The translations under genes and the position numbers were made by a program. 64,000 bases of DNA from an uncultured bacterium (lineage in GTDB: Bacteria > Verrucomicrobiota > Verrucomicrobiia > Limisphaerales > UBA8199). The stretch lies in NCBI GenBank assembly GCA_963749495.1, contig CAVVMW010000029.1, forward strand, positions 1 to 64,000, read 5' to 3'. The notes under the pieces were generated by a model, which was not told the DNA's origin, ran no database searches, and worked only from the letters and a program-made list of their open reading frames with translations. Position 1 is the first letter of the stretch; each line of letters opens with the position of its first letter. This document shows, piece after piece, positions 1-12,351 of this stretch.

Positions 1-2729
1 TCCCAATGCTCACCCAGGCCATTCGACAGCTCGTGGCGGGCGGCTTGACCCGGAACAACCGGGAGGTCATCGTCGAGACCGGCGGGTTCCTGGCCAACGC
101 CCAGGAAGTGGGCAACGTTGTCGTGGGTGTCTTCGGCGGCCGGCCCGTTTATCTGCGCGAGGTGGCCGACATCCGGGATGGGGCAAAGGAGCCTTCCCAA
201 TATGTCTTTTTCGAGTCCGGCGCCGCCCGTTCGGCTGCGGCCGACGAACAACCCGCCGTCACCTTGAGCCTCGCCAAGCGCCCCGGGGCCAATGCCATTG
301 CGGTTGCCGACCGGGTTATGGGGAGGGTCGAGACCCTCAAGGGGCGGATAATCCCGGCCGACATCCAGGTGACCGTCACCCGCAACTACGGAGAGACGGC
401 CCTGGAAAAGTCTAACGAACTGCTCTTCCACATGGGCCTGGCGGTGCTCGGCGTCTCTATTCTCATTTTGCTCACACTGGGTTGGCGCGAGTCGGTCATC
501 GTGGCTATCGCCATCCCGGCGACGCTGGCTTTGACCCTCCTGGTCTTCTACCTCTACGGCTACACCCTGAACCGGATCACGCTCTTTGCGCTCATCTTCT
601 CGATCGGCATCCTGGTGGACGATGCGATTGTGGTGGTCGAGAACATCGTGCGGCACTTCCACCTACCGCAGAACCAGGGCCGGAGTTGGTCGGAGATTGC
701 GGTCGAGGCCGTGAACGAGGTGGGCAACCCCACCATTCTGGCCACGTTCGCCGTCATTGCCGCGGTGCTGCCGATGGCGTTCGTCGGCGGGCTCATGGGG
801 CCTTACATGCGGCCCATCCCGACCGGTTCCGGCGCTGCCATGCTCTTTTCCCTCGCCATTGCCTTCATCGTCACGCCCTGGGCCTCCATTCGCGTGTTGC
901 GCTGGGGCCGGAAGTACTCCTCGCTTACCCGCAGCGACGGACTGGGAGCGCCGGCATCCTCGCCGAGGCCTGCGAAAACGACAGAAATCGCCGGTGGGGA
1001 TGCCGGCGCTCCCGGTCTGGCGCCTCATTCCGCGCACCCGGAGGACTTTTTCACCCGGGTTTATCGCCGGTTCATGGCTCCGCTCATCCAGCGCCGGCCT
1101 TGGCGCTATGCCTTTCTGGCCATCATTGTAGGGCTGCTCCTTGTGGCCATGGCGCTGGTGGGCCTGGGCTGGGTCAAGGTCAAGATGTTGCCCTTTGACA
1201 ACAAGAGCGAATTCCAGGTCATTCTGAACATGCCCGAGGGCAGCGCGCTGGAGCAGACGGCCCAGGCGGCGCGCGAAATTGCCGCGGCGGTGCGGGTCGA
1301 GCCGGAAGTGACCGATTGCCAGATTTACGCCGGGGTTGCGGCCCCGTTCAATTTCAACGGCCTGGTGCGCCACTATTTCATGCGCCGCGGCCCCCACGTG
1401 GCCGACCTCCAGGTCAACCTGGTCTCCAAAAGCGAGCGCAAGGCCCAGAGCCACGACATCGCCAAGCGCGTGCGCCCGCGCGTGGCCGCTATTGCGACCA
1501 GATACGGCGCCCGCGTGGCGGTCGCCGAAGTGCCTCCCGGCCCGCCCGTCCTCCAGACCCTGGTGGCGGAGGTTTATGGTCCCAACGAGGAAAGCCGCCT
1601 GACCCTGGCCCACAAGGTCATTGACATCTTCCACCACACGCCGGGCGTGGTGGACACCGACTGGTATATCGAGGCCGAGCAGCCCAAGGCGCGGTTCGTC
1701 ATCAACAAAGAGAAGGCGGCCCTCCACGGCATCAGCGCCGAGACTATCTCCGAGACCCTCCGCATTGCGGTCGGTGGCGAGGCGGTGGACCTGCTCCACG
1801 TGCCGCGCGACAAGGAAGACATCGACATTCTGGTGCAATTGCCGCGGGCGAGCCGGACCAGCCCGGAGGAGTTGCTCGCCTTGCGCGTGCGCTCGGCTGC
1901 CAACCCTTCCGCCCCGCTGGTGCCGTTGCGGGAACTGGTCAAGGTCGAATCGTCCACCGTCGATAAGAGCATCTACCACAAGAACCTCAAGCCGGTGACC
2001 TACGTCATCGGCGACGTGGCCGGCGTGGTCGAAAGCCCGGTCTATGCCATTCTGAAAATGAACCAGGCGCTACGCTCGCTGAACACCCGTGAATTTGGCG
2101 GGAACGGAGCGCCGCTCCAGATTTACAGCGCTGTCCAGCCGTTTACTGAAGACAATCCGGCGCTCAAATGGGACGGCGAATGGCACATCACCATCGAGGT
2201 GTTTCGCGATTTGGGCACCGCCTTCGCCGCCGTCCTGGTGCTGATCTTCATCCTCATGGTGGGTTGGTTTCGATCCTTCTTGACGCCGCTGGTCGTCATG
2301 GCGGCCATCCCGTTCTCGCTGGTGGGCATCTTGCCCGCGCACGGGCTGATGGGCGCCTTCTTCACCGCGACATCAATGATCGGCTTCATGGCCGGGGCGG
2401 GCATCGTGGTGCGCAATTCGATCATCCTGGTGGATTTCATCGAGCAACGTCTTGCCGAAGGCATGCCCCTGGACGAAGCGGTCGTGGACGCAGGGGCGGT
2501 GCGGTTCCGGCCGATGTTGCTGACGGCGTTGGCCGTGGTGGTCGGCGCCAGCGTGATCCTGGCCGACCCGATCTTCCAGGGCCTGGCCATCTCGCTGATG
2601 GCCGGAGAAATTGCCTCGCTGTTGATCAGCCGCATGGCGGTGCCCGTGCTCTATTTTATGGCTTACAGCCGCGGGCCGAAGACTGCGCCGGTGCCAGAGA
2701 CGCCGCAGGCCTTGCAGGCGCACGTATGA
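1..2729 (+). CDS. RND efflux transporter permease subunit (AcrB/AcrD/AcrF family), 5' end outside the window
   Basis: 907-aa open frame with RND motifs [27 protein letters not shown] and RFRPMLLT, and two blocks of TM helices. Confidence 0.93.
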   Translation, partial: PMLTQAIRQLVAGGLTRNNREVIVETGGFLANAQEVGNVVVGVFGGRPVYLREVADIRDGAKEPSQYVFFESGAARSAAADEQPAVTLSLAKRPGANAIAVADRVMGRVETLKGRIIPADIQVTVTRNYGETALEKSNELLFHMGLAVLGVSILILLTLGWRESVIVAIAIPATLALTLLVFYLYGYTLNRITLFALIFSIGILVDDAIVVVENIVRHFHLPQNQGRSWSEIAVEAVNEVGNPTILATFAVIAAVLPMAFVGGLMGPYMRPIPTGSGAAMLFSLAIAFIVTPWASIRVLRWGRKYSSLTRSDGLGAPASSPRPAKTTEIAGGDAGAPGLAPHSAHPEDFFTRVYRRFMAPLIQRRPWRYAFLAIIVGLLLVAMALVGLGWVKVKMLPFDNKSEFQVILNMPEGSALEQTAQAAREIAAAVRVEPEVTDCQIYAGVAAPFNFNGLVRHYFMRRGPHVADLQVNLVSKSERKAQSHDIAKRVRPRVAAIATRYGARVAVAEVPPGPPVLQTLVAEVYGPNEESRLTLAHKVIDIFHHTPGVVDTDWYIEAEQPKARFVINKEKAALHGISAETISETLRIAVGGEAVDLLHVPRDKEDIDILVQLPRASRTSPEELLALRVRSAANPSAPLVPLRELVKVESSTVDKSIYHKNLKPVTYVIGDVAGVVESPVYAILKMNQALRSLNTREFGGNGAPLQIYSAVQPFTEDNPALKWDGEWHITIEVFRDLGTAFAAVLVLIFILMVGWFRSFLTPLVVMAAIPFSLVGILPAHGLMGAFFTATSMIGFMAGAGIVVRNSIILVDFIEQRLAEGMPLDEAVVDAGAVRFRPMLLTALAVVVGASVILADPIFQGLAISLMAGEIASLLISRMAVPVLYFMAYSRGPKTAPVPETPQALQAHV

Positions 2730-2833
2730 TCGCGATGCTCGCCAGCCTATTGATCGGTGGGGGCTTCGGCGCCCCGTTGGGCCGCTTCGGCCAGTGCAGT
2801 TCCGGTGCCTGCCCGCTCACCGCGAATGAGTAG
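2726..2833 (+). pseudogene. Truncated small membrane protein (DUF6132-like)
   Basis: [34 protein letters not shown] contains a CxSGxCPLT motif. It starts at an ATGA overlap with the RND stop and ends after only 35 aa. Confidence 0.5.
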
Positions 2834-3290
2834 CAGTTTCATCCAGCGCGGCGGATTGTGGGTTCTTGGACAATCCACGATCATGCTTGCAGTTGCGGTC
2901 CTGGGTATCGCCTGTCGTGGTCCGTCGAAGCATCTTCCGTTGTTGGTTTGCGGTTTGGTCTTTCTGGCAGGTTCCTCGGTCTGCGGCATCGCCGGCGGCA
3001 TAACCCTGGGCCGGAATCTCACGCCGTTTCCCAAGCCTGTGGGGAGCACACAATTGGTTCAGCGTGGCATCTACGGCTTGATACGCCATCCGCTTTACAC
3101 GGCAGTCATTTGCGGAGCGATCGGCTGGTCGCTGATCTGGTCAAGCTGGCCGGCTCTGGCGGCTTCGCTGGCACTGGCGGTGTTCTTCGACGCCAAGGCG
3201 CGGCACGAAGAACTTTGGCTGCGACAGCAATTCTCGGATTACGCGCGCTACGAGCAACGGGTGCGGCGATTCATTCCATGGATTTATTGA
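2826..3290 (+). CDS. Isoprenylcysteine carboxyl methyltransferase (ICMT/PEMT) family membrane protein
   Basis: Motifs LVQRGIYGLIRHPLY and EELWLRQQFSDYARYEQRVRRFIP; ATG at 2826. Confidence 0.88.
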   Translation: MSSSFIQRGGLWVLGQSTIMLAVAVLGIACRGPSKHLPLLVCGLVFLAGSSVCGIAGGITLGRNLTPFPKPVGSTQLVQRGIYGLIRHPLYTAVICGAIGWSLIWSSWPALAASLALAVFFDAKARHEELWLRQQFSDYARYEQRVRRFIPWIY

Positions 3291-3341
3291 CCCGTAGCCG
3301 CTTGAGCTTGGGCCCAATCGCCCCGGCGGCCCTGCAATGGG

Positions 3342-3860
3342 TCATCGTGAAGCGGCGGCAGCCAGTGGCTGAGAGGCAGCCCCGGGGCTCATGTTTTCTT
3401 GGGAGCGGATCAGCTTTTGGGTCCCAACCCGCAGGATCGCCAGCCAGGCACTCCAGCCGTCCTCTGCCGCGCAGTAGTTCTTTTGATCACAGCTCTTGAG
3501 GAACTTTTCCCTGGCGGAGGCAAGGTCCATTCGGGTATCCAGAGATTCCGGCTCGTAGCCCAACACGGCCAGTGAAAAACCGGAGTCAGGCCAGAGCCAC
3601 AAAGCCGGGAAAGAAAGTCCGGCCCCAAAGCTGACATTCAGCTCATACGTCTCACGTCCCACCGGCACTTGGCACTCGACGGTTTGCCCATCGTGCCAGG
3701 TCTTCACCGGCAGCAACGTCCCGGGTTTGCTCCGGTCGATGGTCCTGTAAAAACTCCGCAGCCGGGTCGCAGGCTGGTGATTCAGTTCCAGGATCAGGTC
3801 ACCTTCACCAAGGCTGGCGAGGCGGGCGGGCGTGTTGGTCCCAAGGGCAGTGACCAGCAG
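3342..3860 (-). pseudogene. C-terminal remnant of a PDZ-domain protein
   Basis: LVTALGTNTPARLASLGEGDLILELNHQP is PDZ-like. There is no credible N-terminus and it abuts the opposite-strand remnant. Confidence 0.55.
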
Positions 3861-5488
3861 CGCCTTTACGTCAGTTGCCCGAGAGCGAACGAGATTCGCG
3901 TTTACGACGCCGAAACGATGGTGCCGGTGGCACGCTGGCCTGCGGAGCATCCCGGGCCCGTGGTGCTGGACGAAAGCGGAACGCTGTGGCTCCTGCACCC
4001 CGGGACCTTGTCGGGCCGGCTTGGATCTCGCGGCACACGGCCGAGGGAAAAGCCCTGCCCCAGCGAATCGAACTTGCGGCGGAGGCGCAGCCCACCTCTC
4101 TTTGCCTGGCGCCCAAAGACCGCCTGCTGGTTGCGGACAACGGGCCAAGCCAGCAGGTCCTGATTTTCGAGAACGTCTCGGAATCACCCCGCCTGGGGGG
4201 CACCTTTGGCGCCAAGGGCGGCATTTTCTCCGGCATTCCCGGCGAGTTTGGCCCGCTCAAGCTCAATCATCCCACCGCGGTCGGATGCGATTCCCGGGGC
4301 AATCTCTACATTGCCCAGGATGGCCAGAGCGGGGGTGGAGGCACGGTGCTGGAGAGCCATGCGCCGGAGGGCAATCTGAACTGGCGCCTGCTCGGCCTGG
4401 AATTCGTGGACATGGCGGACCTCGAGCCGGCATCCGAAACCGACCTGTTCACCAAAGAAGAGCACTTCCGGATGGACTACACGCGGCCCGCCGGCCAGCA
4501 ATGGACCTACCAAGGCTACACGCTCGACCGGTTCCGGTATCCCGAAGACCCCCGGTTGCACCTCTGGCCGGCCTGCGCCTGGGTGCGGCGGATCAAGAGC
4601 AAACGGTTCCTGTTCGTCAATGATATGTATTCGGAGGCCCTCCAGGTTTACCGCTTCGACGCGGCCACGCACGGCGACATTGCCATGCCCTCCGGCTTTT
4701 TCGCCAAGAGCCATGTCAAGAAGCAGGCCCCGGACTGGCCGCCCGGGCAGCCCGAAAAAGGGGAATGGATCTGGCGGGACGGCAATGGGAACGGCGCCTT
4801 CGATGCGCCCGAGTATCTGAGCAACGGAGGGAAGGACGCGCCCCCGTTATGGGGTTGGTGGGTGGATAGCGACGGCGGCGTGTGGCAGGCCACCCAGACC
4901 GCCGGCATCCGCAAATTCCCGTGCCAGGGTTTGGATGCGCAGGGCAATCCCATCTACGATTTTGCCTCGCTGGCGACGATGCCCATGCCGGCGCCATTCA
5001 CGCGCCTGGAGCGCATTTACTACTTCCCGGCCACCGACACGATATATCTGGCCGGCCATACCGCCGACCGTCCTCACCACGACGGCCTGTGGAAAGTGAT
5101 GGGCCGGGTCATCTGCCGGTACGATCATTGGAGCAGAGGCCCCAGAGCGCCCCGCTGGCAGATTGCCCCCGATTATGCGGTCGATGGAAGCTGGAAAGGC
5201 AAGCCAGCCTCGATGAGCGTCGCCGGCGATTACGTATTCGTGGTTTATGTCGAGGGCGGGCGAGTAGAGGTCTATGATGCGCAAACCGGCGCCGGCGTCG
5301 GCCATCTCAAGCCTGGTCCGGAAGTCGGCGGCAACCTGCCCGGCGAGGCCGTCGGCTGGGTGGACATCCCGGAAGGCATCCAGGCGATTCGCCGTTCCAA
5401 CGGCGAATACGTGGTCCTGGCGGAGGAGGACTGGAAATCCAAGATCCTCATGTACCAGTGGAAACCGGAGGCCTTCATGGGCAGATAG
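3855..5488 (+). pseudogene. NHL/beta-propeller repeat protein, N-truncated and frameshifted near 4000-4025
   Basis: Propeller-like segments RLYVSCPRANEIRVYD (one frame), then LLVADNGPSQQVLIF and LNHPTAVGCDSRGNLYIA (frame of ORF 3875-5488). Confidence 0.65.
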
Positions 5489-5980
5489 CCGCCGGGCCGC
5501 TGAACACGCCGGAGAATCGAGTGCTCTGGGGCTTCGCGGATGTCCATCCAGACGTCCCACATCAGGCGTCCTCCCGCAACGTAGACTGTCGCACGGCTAT
5601 CATATCTTCATCCGTGTTGACGGGAATACCCCGGCCGCATGAAAGAAAAGCGACGTGTGGCAGTCCATAAAGCCAGGGCTAAGAGCCGGGGTCCTTGCCG
5701 AGACAGTAGAGTTCTCCGTGTGTTCCGCCCGTCGGTCAAGTCCCTCGCCAGAGACACGCCTCCTCAAATGCCTCCGGCCAACAGGGAGAACGCCCAAAGA
5801 ACATCATCCACCTGTCGGAGAGGTTATGAAACCCAAAGGCAAGAAGCATGGCGAGACGCCTGGCGCGGACCGGAATCGCCAGACCGAGTTGGAGAGATCA
5901 CATGCACTAGGGATGCAGTTGCTCCGAAATATCAAGACACGGTTGCCAGAGCTGGAAAAGCTCCTGGAAAAGGTGTGGTC

Positions 5981-8914
5981 TTACGGCGACGGCCGCGGCA
6001 CGGACTTTGGAGCATGTTGTTTAGTGCACAATTGTCTGGCCTGCTCGACTGGAAGCCATTGGATGCCGTTCTGATACCTGTAATCCATTAGCGAACTCGG
6101 CGCTTTCGGATCTTTCCAGCGTCGGTCAATCACGATGCCACTGCCTTCCGCCGCAGGCGACAAGTCGCCGCGCGAGCAAAAAGGCCGCACGGCGGTCACA
6201 GTAGCCACCGCCTGTTTGCGGCCGCGATATGGCGGGACGGGTTGACCCGGCAGGATCGGTGCCGGCGCGGCGGGGTAACCGCTCATCTTCAGATCAAACA
6301 CAAAGCCGTTCGGGATCGGTGTTGTTCCCGCGTTCGTCACGCCCCTCGCCGCGTATCGAGCATCCGGAAATACCACCCTGGACGGCAGCGTGCCTGGCCC
6401 GTTGATGAGTTTCCATCGCGCTTCCCGCCTCAAATCAGGTTGGACGGGAGCTGAGGCGTTCAGATCATAAACCGGGGTAATCCAATTCGTGGAGAGGTTT
6501 TCAAAGTAAGAGGCGGAGGCGAACATCATCCAAAGGTGGCAGACGAAATAGTCGTCCGACAGACCAACAGGGACATTGTCGGAAACGATTGACCCCACAC
6601 TGTCAGTGGGACGCGATGGAGGCTTGCCATCCAGGTTCTTGTTTCCGACATCGGTCGCCACTTCATATATTTCCGCGCCGTTGACGCAGGCGGTTTCACG
6701 TTCCACAAGGGGTTTTCCGCTTTCGTCGTGGTCGGTTGTGTGAATCAACCAGGAGGAACCTCGGACAAAGACCGTGAACTTGGCCCTGCTCTGGAACTGA
6801 ATGCTGCCGTCCCGTCGGTATCCGTTTTGGAGGATCTCCCCGTCCACCTCGTATTGCGCGCCGTTTGTGGTCACGGGCGTCCGCAGGGGATTCGCAACGC
6901 CGGCAGTTTCCTCTGGACGAGCGGGAAGCGTGGTATCCTCGCGCACTTCAATCTCCACTGGGTTGCTCACCGCCCGAATCTCGGGAGCGGGACCCGAACC
7001 GGCGCCGGCGTTCCGGCGGGCGATCAGGGCAAAACGAATTTTGTGTGTGCCGGGCGCCAGATTCAATGGCGCGCCCATGTCCTCGCTCTGGCCAACGGCT
7101 TGTGTCTTGGCGCGCCATTGACGTCCGACAATCACCTTAATTGTAGAAAATGGGTTATTGGCTCCATTTGCGGGCGTGACGAACATATTTGCTGCGTCGG
7201 GCCAGGTGTACCACGCGCCATCCACCTCCAGTTCCCCGCCTCGCTGGTCGCGAGCAAAGAAAAAGCCGTTCGAGCCACGGTCAGCAACGTTGATGTTCAA
7301 GGCAGCGTCTCGACCGAGCTTCCACACCGTCCCAAGCCCGAGCGTATCCAGCCGCACCGAAATGCCCTCGACCTCCGCGCCCCAGTGAAGATTCGGAGTT
7401 TCGAGAGCGGAACCGTGCTCTGCAGCCAGCCTTTTCAGCGCCGCCACCAGCTCCGGCGTCGCCGGGAACGCGCCAAACTCAAAATCATCCGCATTCCAGA
7501 CCTTCTCCCAAACAGACGAGGCCTCCGCTCCCTTTCGGGCGGCTCCCCCTTGGTAGTTCAGGAAAAGAACCAGCTCTTCGCCCTTTTTCAAAATGGATGC
7601 ATGCTGTTGGGTTACCTGCACCTGTAGTATCGAGCCGGGAACAGTCTTGCCTTTAATGGCTTCAACCACCTTGAATTCACCCCGGAGGTGAAGCCTCATG
7701 CCGGTCACGAAGCCTCCGCTCACGTCATTCATCGCCGTTCCGACAACCACCATTTCGCATCGCGATAGAAAGTAATCCAGTGTCGGGTCATCCAATTCGG
7801 CCGGGGCTGGGTCAAGCCCGTCCGGATTCATGCCGCTTGGACGCATGACTCTGGCGGTCTTGCCTGACTCGAAATTGGGTCTGCGTTCGCAAATATCTGC
7901 CACATTGCCGGTCGCCCTGTTCATGAAGACCAACTCCATGGGGCCGACGGCTCTGACTTCGGCCGGAGGACCGACATACGCGGGAGTGACCAGCCAGCTA
8001 TCCCCCATAGGCTCCGCCTTGACCGTCCAATACTCGAGGGCGCGCGGACCGGCGCACAAACCAAATACCAGCTTCACGTAATCTTCCGCATCCTGGGCCG
8101 ACCGGACGTTGGATCGTTCCCACAGCGCGCCCAACAGATCGGGACAGTGCATGTAGGCAACGCCGCTTTGCGCGTCGTGCCCGCCGCAAACCCACTTCAG
8201 CTCCCTGCGGTCGTAATCCTTCGCCAACCCCGTCAATACAGCAGTCGAGCAGGTCTGATCTCCAAGCGTATATTTCTGCTCCCGAAGAGTGCAGTTGGGC
8301 ACAAACCTCCGCATCAACACCCCAAGCTGTTCCTCGCCGGAGTTGGGAGTTTGGATGGCGGCAAGCCTCTTCAACGACGCCACCAATGTTGGCGTCGCCG
8401 GCAAGGCTCCGAATTTCAGGTCCCTGGGCCTCCAATACGGCTCCAAATTGTTGCTTCCACGGACCTGACGCCTGTAGAGAAACAAGACTATGTCACCGTC
8501 GGGATAATCCATGTTAGGGCCAGGCCAGCCCCAGTCCTCGCCGACCTGGATGTAGGTCTGAGGCTCGCCTTTGATTGCGTAAACCACTTGGAATGGCTCG
8601 GGGTCAACACTTCGTTTATTCAAGAACAGAAACTCCCCAATCACGACAAGCTCGGACTGCCCCAGGTAGGACCGCAGGACATCATCACCAGGCACAACTT
8701 CCGTTTCTGTCGCGGCACTATTCAGCGCCGGAGTTGAAATGCCTGCCTGGGCCACTGCCGAAGCCCCTCTGAGCTTGCCTGCCGGGGCGAGGATGACCGC
8801 CAGGAATGCCAGCGTTGAAAGCATCGTCAGCCTGTTCAAGCCTGCAACTCTGCCGCTTCTGCGGGATGGCACAGCCGGCAACAACAACAACAACGAATGA
8901 ACAGCGATTTTCAT
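5981..8914 (-). CDS. Large putative secreted hypothetical protein with an internally duplicated ~110-125 aa domain
   Basis: 977-aa ORF with hydrophobic N-terminus. Two repeats end in FGALPATPTLVASLKRLAA and FGAFPATPELVAALKRLAA. Confidence 0.7.
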   Translation of the reverse strand: MKIAVHSLLLLLPAVPSRRSGRVAGLNRLTMLSTLAFLAVILAPAGKLRGASAVAQAGISTPALNSAATETEVVPGDDVLRSYLGQSELVVIGEFLFLNKRSVDPEPFQVVYAIKGEPQTYIQVGEDWGWPGPNMDYPDGDIVLFLYRRQVRGSNNLEPYWRPRDLKFGALPATPTLVASLKRLAAIQTPNSGEEQLGVLMRRFVPNCTLREQKYTLGDQTCSTAVLTGLAKDYDRRELKWVCGGHDAQSGVAYMHCPDLLGALWERSNVRSAQDAEDYVKLVFGLCAGPRALEYWTVKAEPMGDSWLVTPAYVGPPAEVRAVGPMELVFMNRATGNVADICERRPNFESGKTARVMRPSGMNPDGLDPAPAELDDPTLDYFLSRCEMVVVGTAMNDVSGGFVTGMRLHLRGEFKVVEAIKGKTVPGSILQVQVTQQHASILKKGEELVLFLNYQGGAARKGAEASSVWEKVWNADDFEFGAFPATPELVAALKRLAAEHGSALETPNLHWGAEVEGISVRLDTLGLGTVWKLGRDAALNINVADRGSNGFFFARDQRGGELEVDGAWYTWPDAANMFVTPANGANNPFSTIKVIVGRQWRAKTQAVGQSEDMGAPLNLAPGTHKIRFALIARRNAGAGSGPAPEIRAVSNPVEIEVREDTTLPARPEETAGVANPLRTPVTTNGAQYEVDGEILQNGYRRDGSIQFQSRAKFTVFVRGSSWLIHTTDHDESGKPLVERETACVNGAEIYEVATDVGNKNLDGKPPSRPTDSVGSIVSDNVPVGLSDDYFVCHLWMMFASASYFENLSTNWITPVYDLNASAPVQPDLRREARWKLINGPGTLPSRVVFPDARYAARGVTNAGTTPIPNGFVFDLKMSGYPAAPAPILPGQPVPPYRGRKQAVATVTAVRPFCSRGDLSPAAEGSGIVIDRRWKDPKAPSSLMDYRYQNGIQWLPVEQARQLCTKQHAPKSVPRPSP

Positions 8915-9461
8915 ATCTCATTGCGGCTTATAAAGGGAATCAAAGTCCGCCACTCGTCGAGCAAGCGCCCACGCCTCTCCCCGAGCGCTTCGTTGGCGAT
9001 GGCCTTGATTTCGCCGCTAATGTGCTGTCTTGTAAATAGCATTAAAGAACGGCTTTTACTTATAAGAATTTGCTTTTTGCCGCGCCGCCGGTTATTGACG
9101 CTACTCGGGTGAGGGAGAGTTGGTTTTCGCTCGCACTCACTATGGCAGGATGATGGCGGAGGAGGACCAGGGTGTCAAGCTCCGAGTTTTGCCGGCTTTT
9201 TGACAGTCTTCGCCTAGCCCGCGGGCCGCGGCGAAGGTCGGCGGAGGAAGGGGGGTAGCGGCGGTTGGAAATTGCAGGGGAGCCAACCAGTCTGCGCGCT
9301 GCCCCAACCGGGAACCTGCCGTTGCCAGGCCAAGAGGCTGCCCTCGAGGTCGTCGTTCTCGGGCGGTTAGCACGTTTCCTTAGTCGGGCATCCGGTCCAC
9401 GTCGCCACAGGGTTCGTAGGTATAAGGCCGTGGAGCGGCGGGAGGGGACATCCACGGCAGG

Positions 9462-9578
9462 AACCTCGAGGACCTCTGCGAGGAACACCACATCGAACTG
9501 AACCACCACCACGCCCTATCCGACGCGAGGGCCTGCGCCATGCTATATCAGCGCGCGCTGGAACGGGGGCTCGTTTAG
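9462..9578 (+). pseudogene. C-terminal remnant of a DEDDh 3'-5' exonuclease (DnaQ-like)
   Basis: Manual translation NLEDLCEEHHIELNHHHALSDARACAMLYQRALE contains the ExoIII HxAxxD motif. Not in the ORF track. Confidence 0.6.
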
Positions 9579-9650
9579 CGCGCTGGTTGCGCTACAGGTC
9601 GGGCGTCAACGCCAGCGGCCTCGGGCTCCTCGTAAGAGACGTGACCACGC

Positions 9651-9985
9651 TCAAGCTGGAGGGGAAAGCGACAGGAACCAGGGCGTAAGGCTCAGGCCGC
9701 CCCAACTGTCTGGGCGGTGGTTCGCCAGGAAGATTTTTCGGAGCGCGGCGTCGTAGGGCACGAGGGCGGTCCAGAGCACGCCGGGGTTGTTCCTCCAGCG
9801 CGGGTCTGGCTGGCCGCCGTCAATCCGCTGGAACTTGGCCCCGGGGACTTCCTGGTTCCACATGAAGTCCCGGTTGGTGTCAATGAGACGGTCAATGTCC
9901 GCCCTGTCGAATACCAAACCATGTTCGAATGCGGCGACGATGGCCTCGACATCAATGACATAGGCAGGGGCCATGAACCTCGCCG
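9651..9985 (-). pseudogene. C-terminal remnant of an unrelated hypothetical protein read in-frame after the broken GH59
   Basis: YVIDVEAIVAAFEHGLVFDRADIDRLIDTNRDFMWNQ...WGGLSLTPWFL has no counterpart in the GH59 paralog at 49681-51681. Confidence 0.45.
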
Positions 9986-10004
9986 TTACGGGGCGGCGGT
10001 CGCT

Positions 10005-11965
10005 CAGGGAACGCGGGAGATGCTCAGATTGTCGAAAAAGGCCCGGTTCCAGCCGGTGCCCAAGCCCACCACTCCGGTTTGGCAGGAGGCATCTTTTACT
10101 TTGGCCAAGGCTTGCTGATCGAATCAGAGCTGTGATTTCAGTCCCTCTGAACGCGAGACCCAAGCCGTGCCAGTTGTGGCCCAAAGGAGCGACTTGGCCC
10201 GAGGCCAAGACTTGGGCTCCCGCCTTCAACGTCCACCGGCCATCGTCTTTGACCTCGAATTGGTCCGCGGCAAAAGGCGCCCCGTCTTCCCAGCCGAAGC
10301 GGTTCATCCGGCCCCAGAGCATGAGGGAACCCTGTTCCGGGAGCATCGCCTCGACCGAGACCCGATAATCAGACCAGCCAATATCGCCCACAATGGTTTG
10401 GGCAAAGGAGTACCCTCCCCGCCAGGTGATTCCCTGCCGGGTCATGGTCTGCACCAGGCATTGGCCTTGTCCGTCGGGCCGGGGGGCTACCTCGAAGGTT
10501 CCATGCTGGTCGCACAGATATTTGGCCGGTCCGCCAACGGGGTCGTGCTGGAAATCGGTGGCGAAGGGAAACGGGAAGGGTTTGGGGTCGGGCACAGCAT
10601 GGGCCGACCTGCCCTTTTGCTGGCCCCGCGTGGTGGTCAGCGAGTAGATCGCGTTGGGGATCACCGTCAGCCTGAACTCCCGGTTCCGCACGGGCGCATC
10701 GTCCTGGCGGATGAACAGCTCCTGGTTGAAGACCGAGCGCCAGACCGCCAAATCCCGGGTCGAAAGATCCTCCGACAGCCGGCAACGCAGGGTCCAAGGC
10801 TCCTTGGCATCCATCGTTTCGATAATCAGGCTGTAGTCATCGGTGGTGGGCGACTTGAGCGCGTTCAATGACCAGCCCGCGCCCAGGCCACCCTCGGAGT
10901 TGAAGAACCGGCAAGTCCGGTCGAGATACGTCCAACCCGGTTCCGCGAATTGGGTCGTGTGCGCCATCATCCACAGCGGCGGCTGCACTTCATAATGGCC
11001 GGACCAGGGGGTGTTGGCCTTCATGGGACCGCTGGCGGGGGCGACCAGGAAATCGGGGTAGGCCGTAATCAGGCTCCAGGAGATGATCTTCGTGATTTGC
11101 CCCAGCGGATAGGCCCGGTTGTAGCGGGCGTAGTCGGCGGCGGCATACCAGTCGCCCCCGTAAGCGTGCGCCTCGCCATCCCACAGCGGTTTGTTCAAGC
11201 GCCGGGCCTCGGGGGGCGTACGGAAGTTCACCATTTCCGGGACATGCGCGTTGAGGACGGCCACGGCCCCATTCAACCCGGCGTCCTTGGCCATTTCCTG
11301 GGCAATGACCCACTGGTCCTCTGGCGGCCAAAGGTCCGCCGCCACGATCTTCACCCGCCGCAACCCGTTGTCATCGAGCGCTTGTCTCAGGCGCTTGATC
11401 CAAGCCGGGTCATACCTTACCTCGTTGCGCACGCCCTGGTAATCCATTTCAAGGCCGTGGTGCCGTTTGGCTGCCTGGATGAAGGAGATGATGAAATTGA
11501 TATTGTCCTGCGAGTAGAATGTCCCGTTGCCGATCCAGCCCGGCGCCCCCCACTGCAGCCCTTCCAAGAGGATCTTCGGGTTGCGTTTCTTGGCCTCTTC
11601 CATTAACCACCACTCATATCCCCGGCGGTAGTATTCCGGCCGGGGGTGCTCCCACTCCTCGCGGCTCGCCGCGTGGCTGGCTCCGAGCCATCGGTGGAAT
11701 TGACGTCACCGCCAATTTCGACCTTGAGATGTTGAAGGCTCGCTCCGAATTTGGGCTTGAACAGGAGGTCCAGGATTTCGCCGCGATAAGGCTCGGGATA
11801 ATCCCACAATAACCGTGAGGAAGCGCCGGCGCTCAAGGCGCCAAGGCCTTCAAAGGTCCGGCCGGGGGATTTCCCATCGATGAATATCTCGACCTCGCCG
11901 ACCGGGAGGTTCACCCCTCCGCTCAGTGCTACCAACAAGAATAACGACCAGGGTCGTGCGTTCAT
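10005..11965 (-). pseudogene. GH59 galactosylceramidase-like glycoside hydrolase with two frameshifts (~11650 and ~10110)
   Basis: [19 protein letters not shown] and [20 protein letters not shown] in one frame, GLQWGAPGWIG and MAHTTQFAEPGW in the next, GLGTGWNRAFFDNL in a third. Collinear with 49681-51681. Confidence 0.85.
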
Positions 11966-12037
11966 CGCCGCCGACTTTAACAATCCAACGTCCGGAACGG
12001 AATGGGAAACTGGTGACTGTTCCAGGTTGTTCTTCTC

Positions 12038-12190
12038 TCACGGTGCGAGCTCGTCACGGTGAAGGGCGGCCTCCGCATCGGTAGCCAAGCCAGGCTGCTT
12101 TTCCTTGCCACCGAGGGCCCCAACGGGGCCAGACGTTGCCGCCATGGCGGCGAGGGCGGTCTGGCGGAGGAAGGCCCGTCGCATCATCAT
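12038..12190 (-). pseudogene. Tat signal peptide remnant of a lost secreted protein
   Basis: MMMRRAFLRQTALAAMAA twin-arginine motif followed by an early stop. Confidence 0.5.
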
Positions 12191-12351
12191 GGGGTTTCCT
12201 CTCCATAGAGGGTCGGGCGGAAGAAGGGGCACAGCATGCCGATCCCGAGGGCGTGAAGGCCGGTTTCTCTCCCGGCTGGAATGCCTGCTACGGCAAGGCA
12301 TCGGTTGGCTCGCGCAGAAAGGCCGTTCTCAGCCGGTTTGGGCTTCGCTCG

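Noticed and set aside
5600..5720. Possible riboswitch (AAAGCC...CTAA...GCCGGG) in an intergenic stretch
   Set aside because: I could not build the conserved c-di-GMP-I core or any other known aptamer; an Rfam search would be needed.
8877..8894. (CAA)n microsatellite
   Set aside because: It only encodes the poly-Leu run at the N-terminus of the minus-strand ORF and is a short in-frame triplet repeat.
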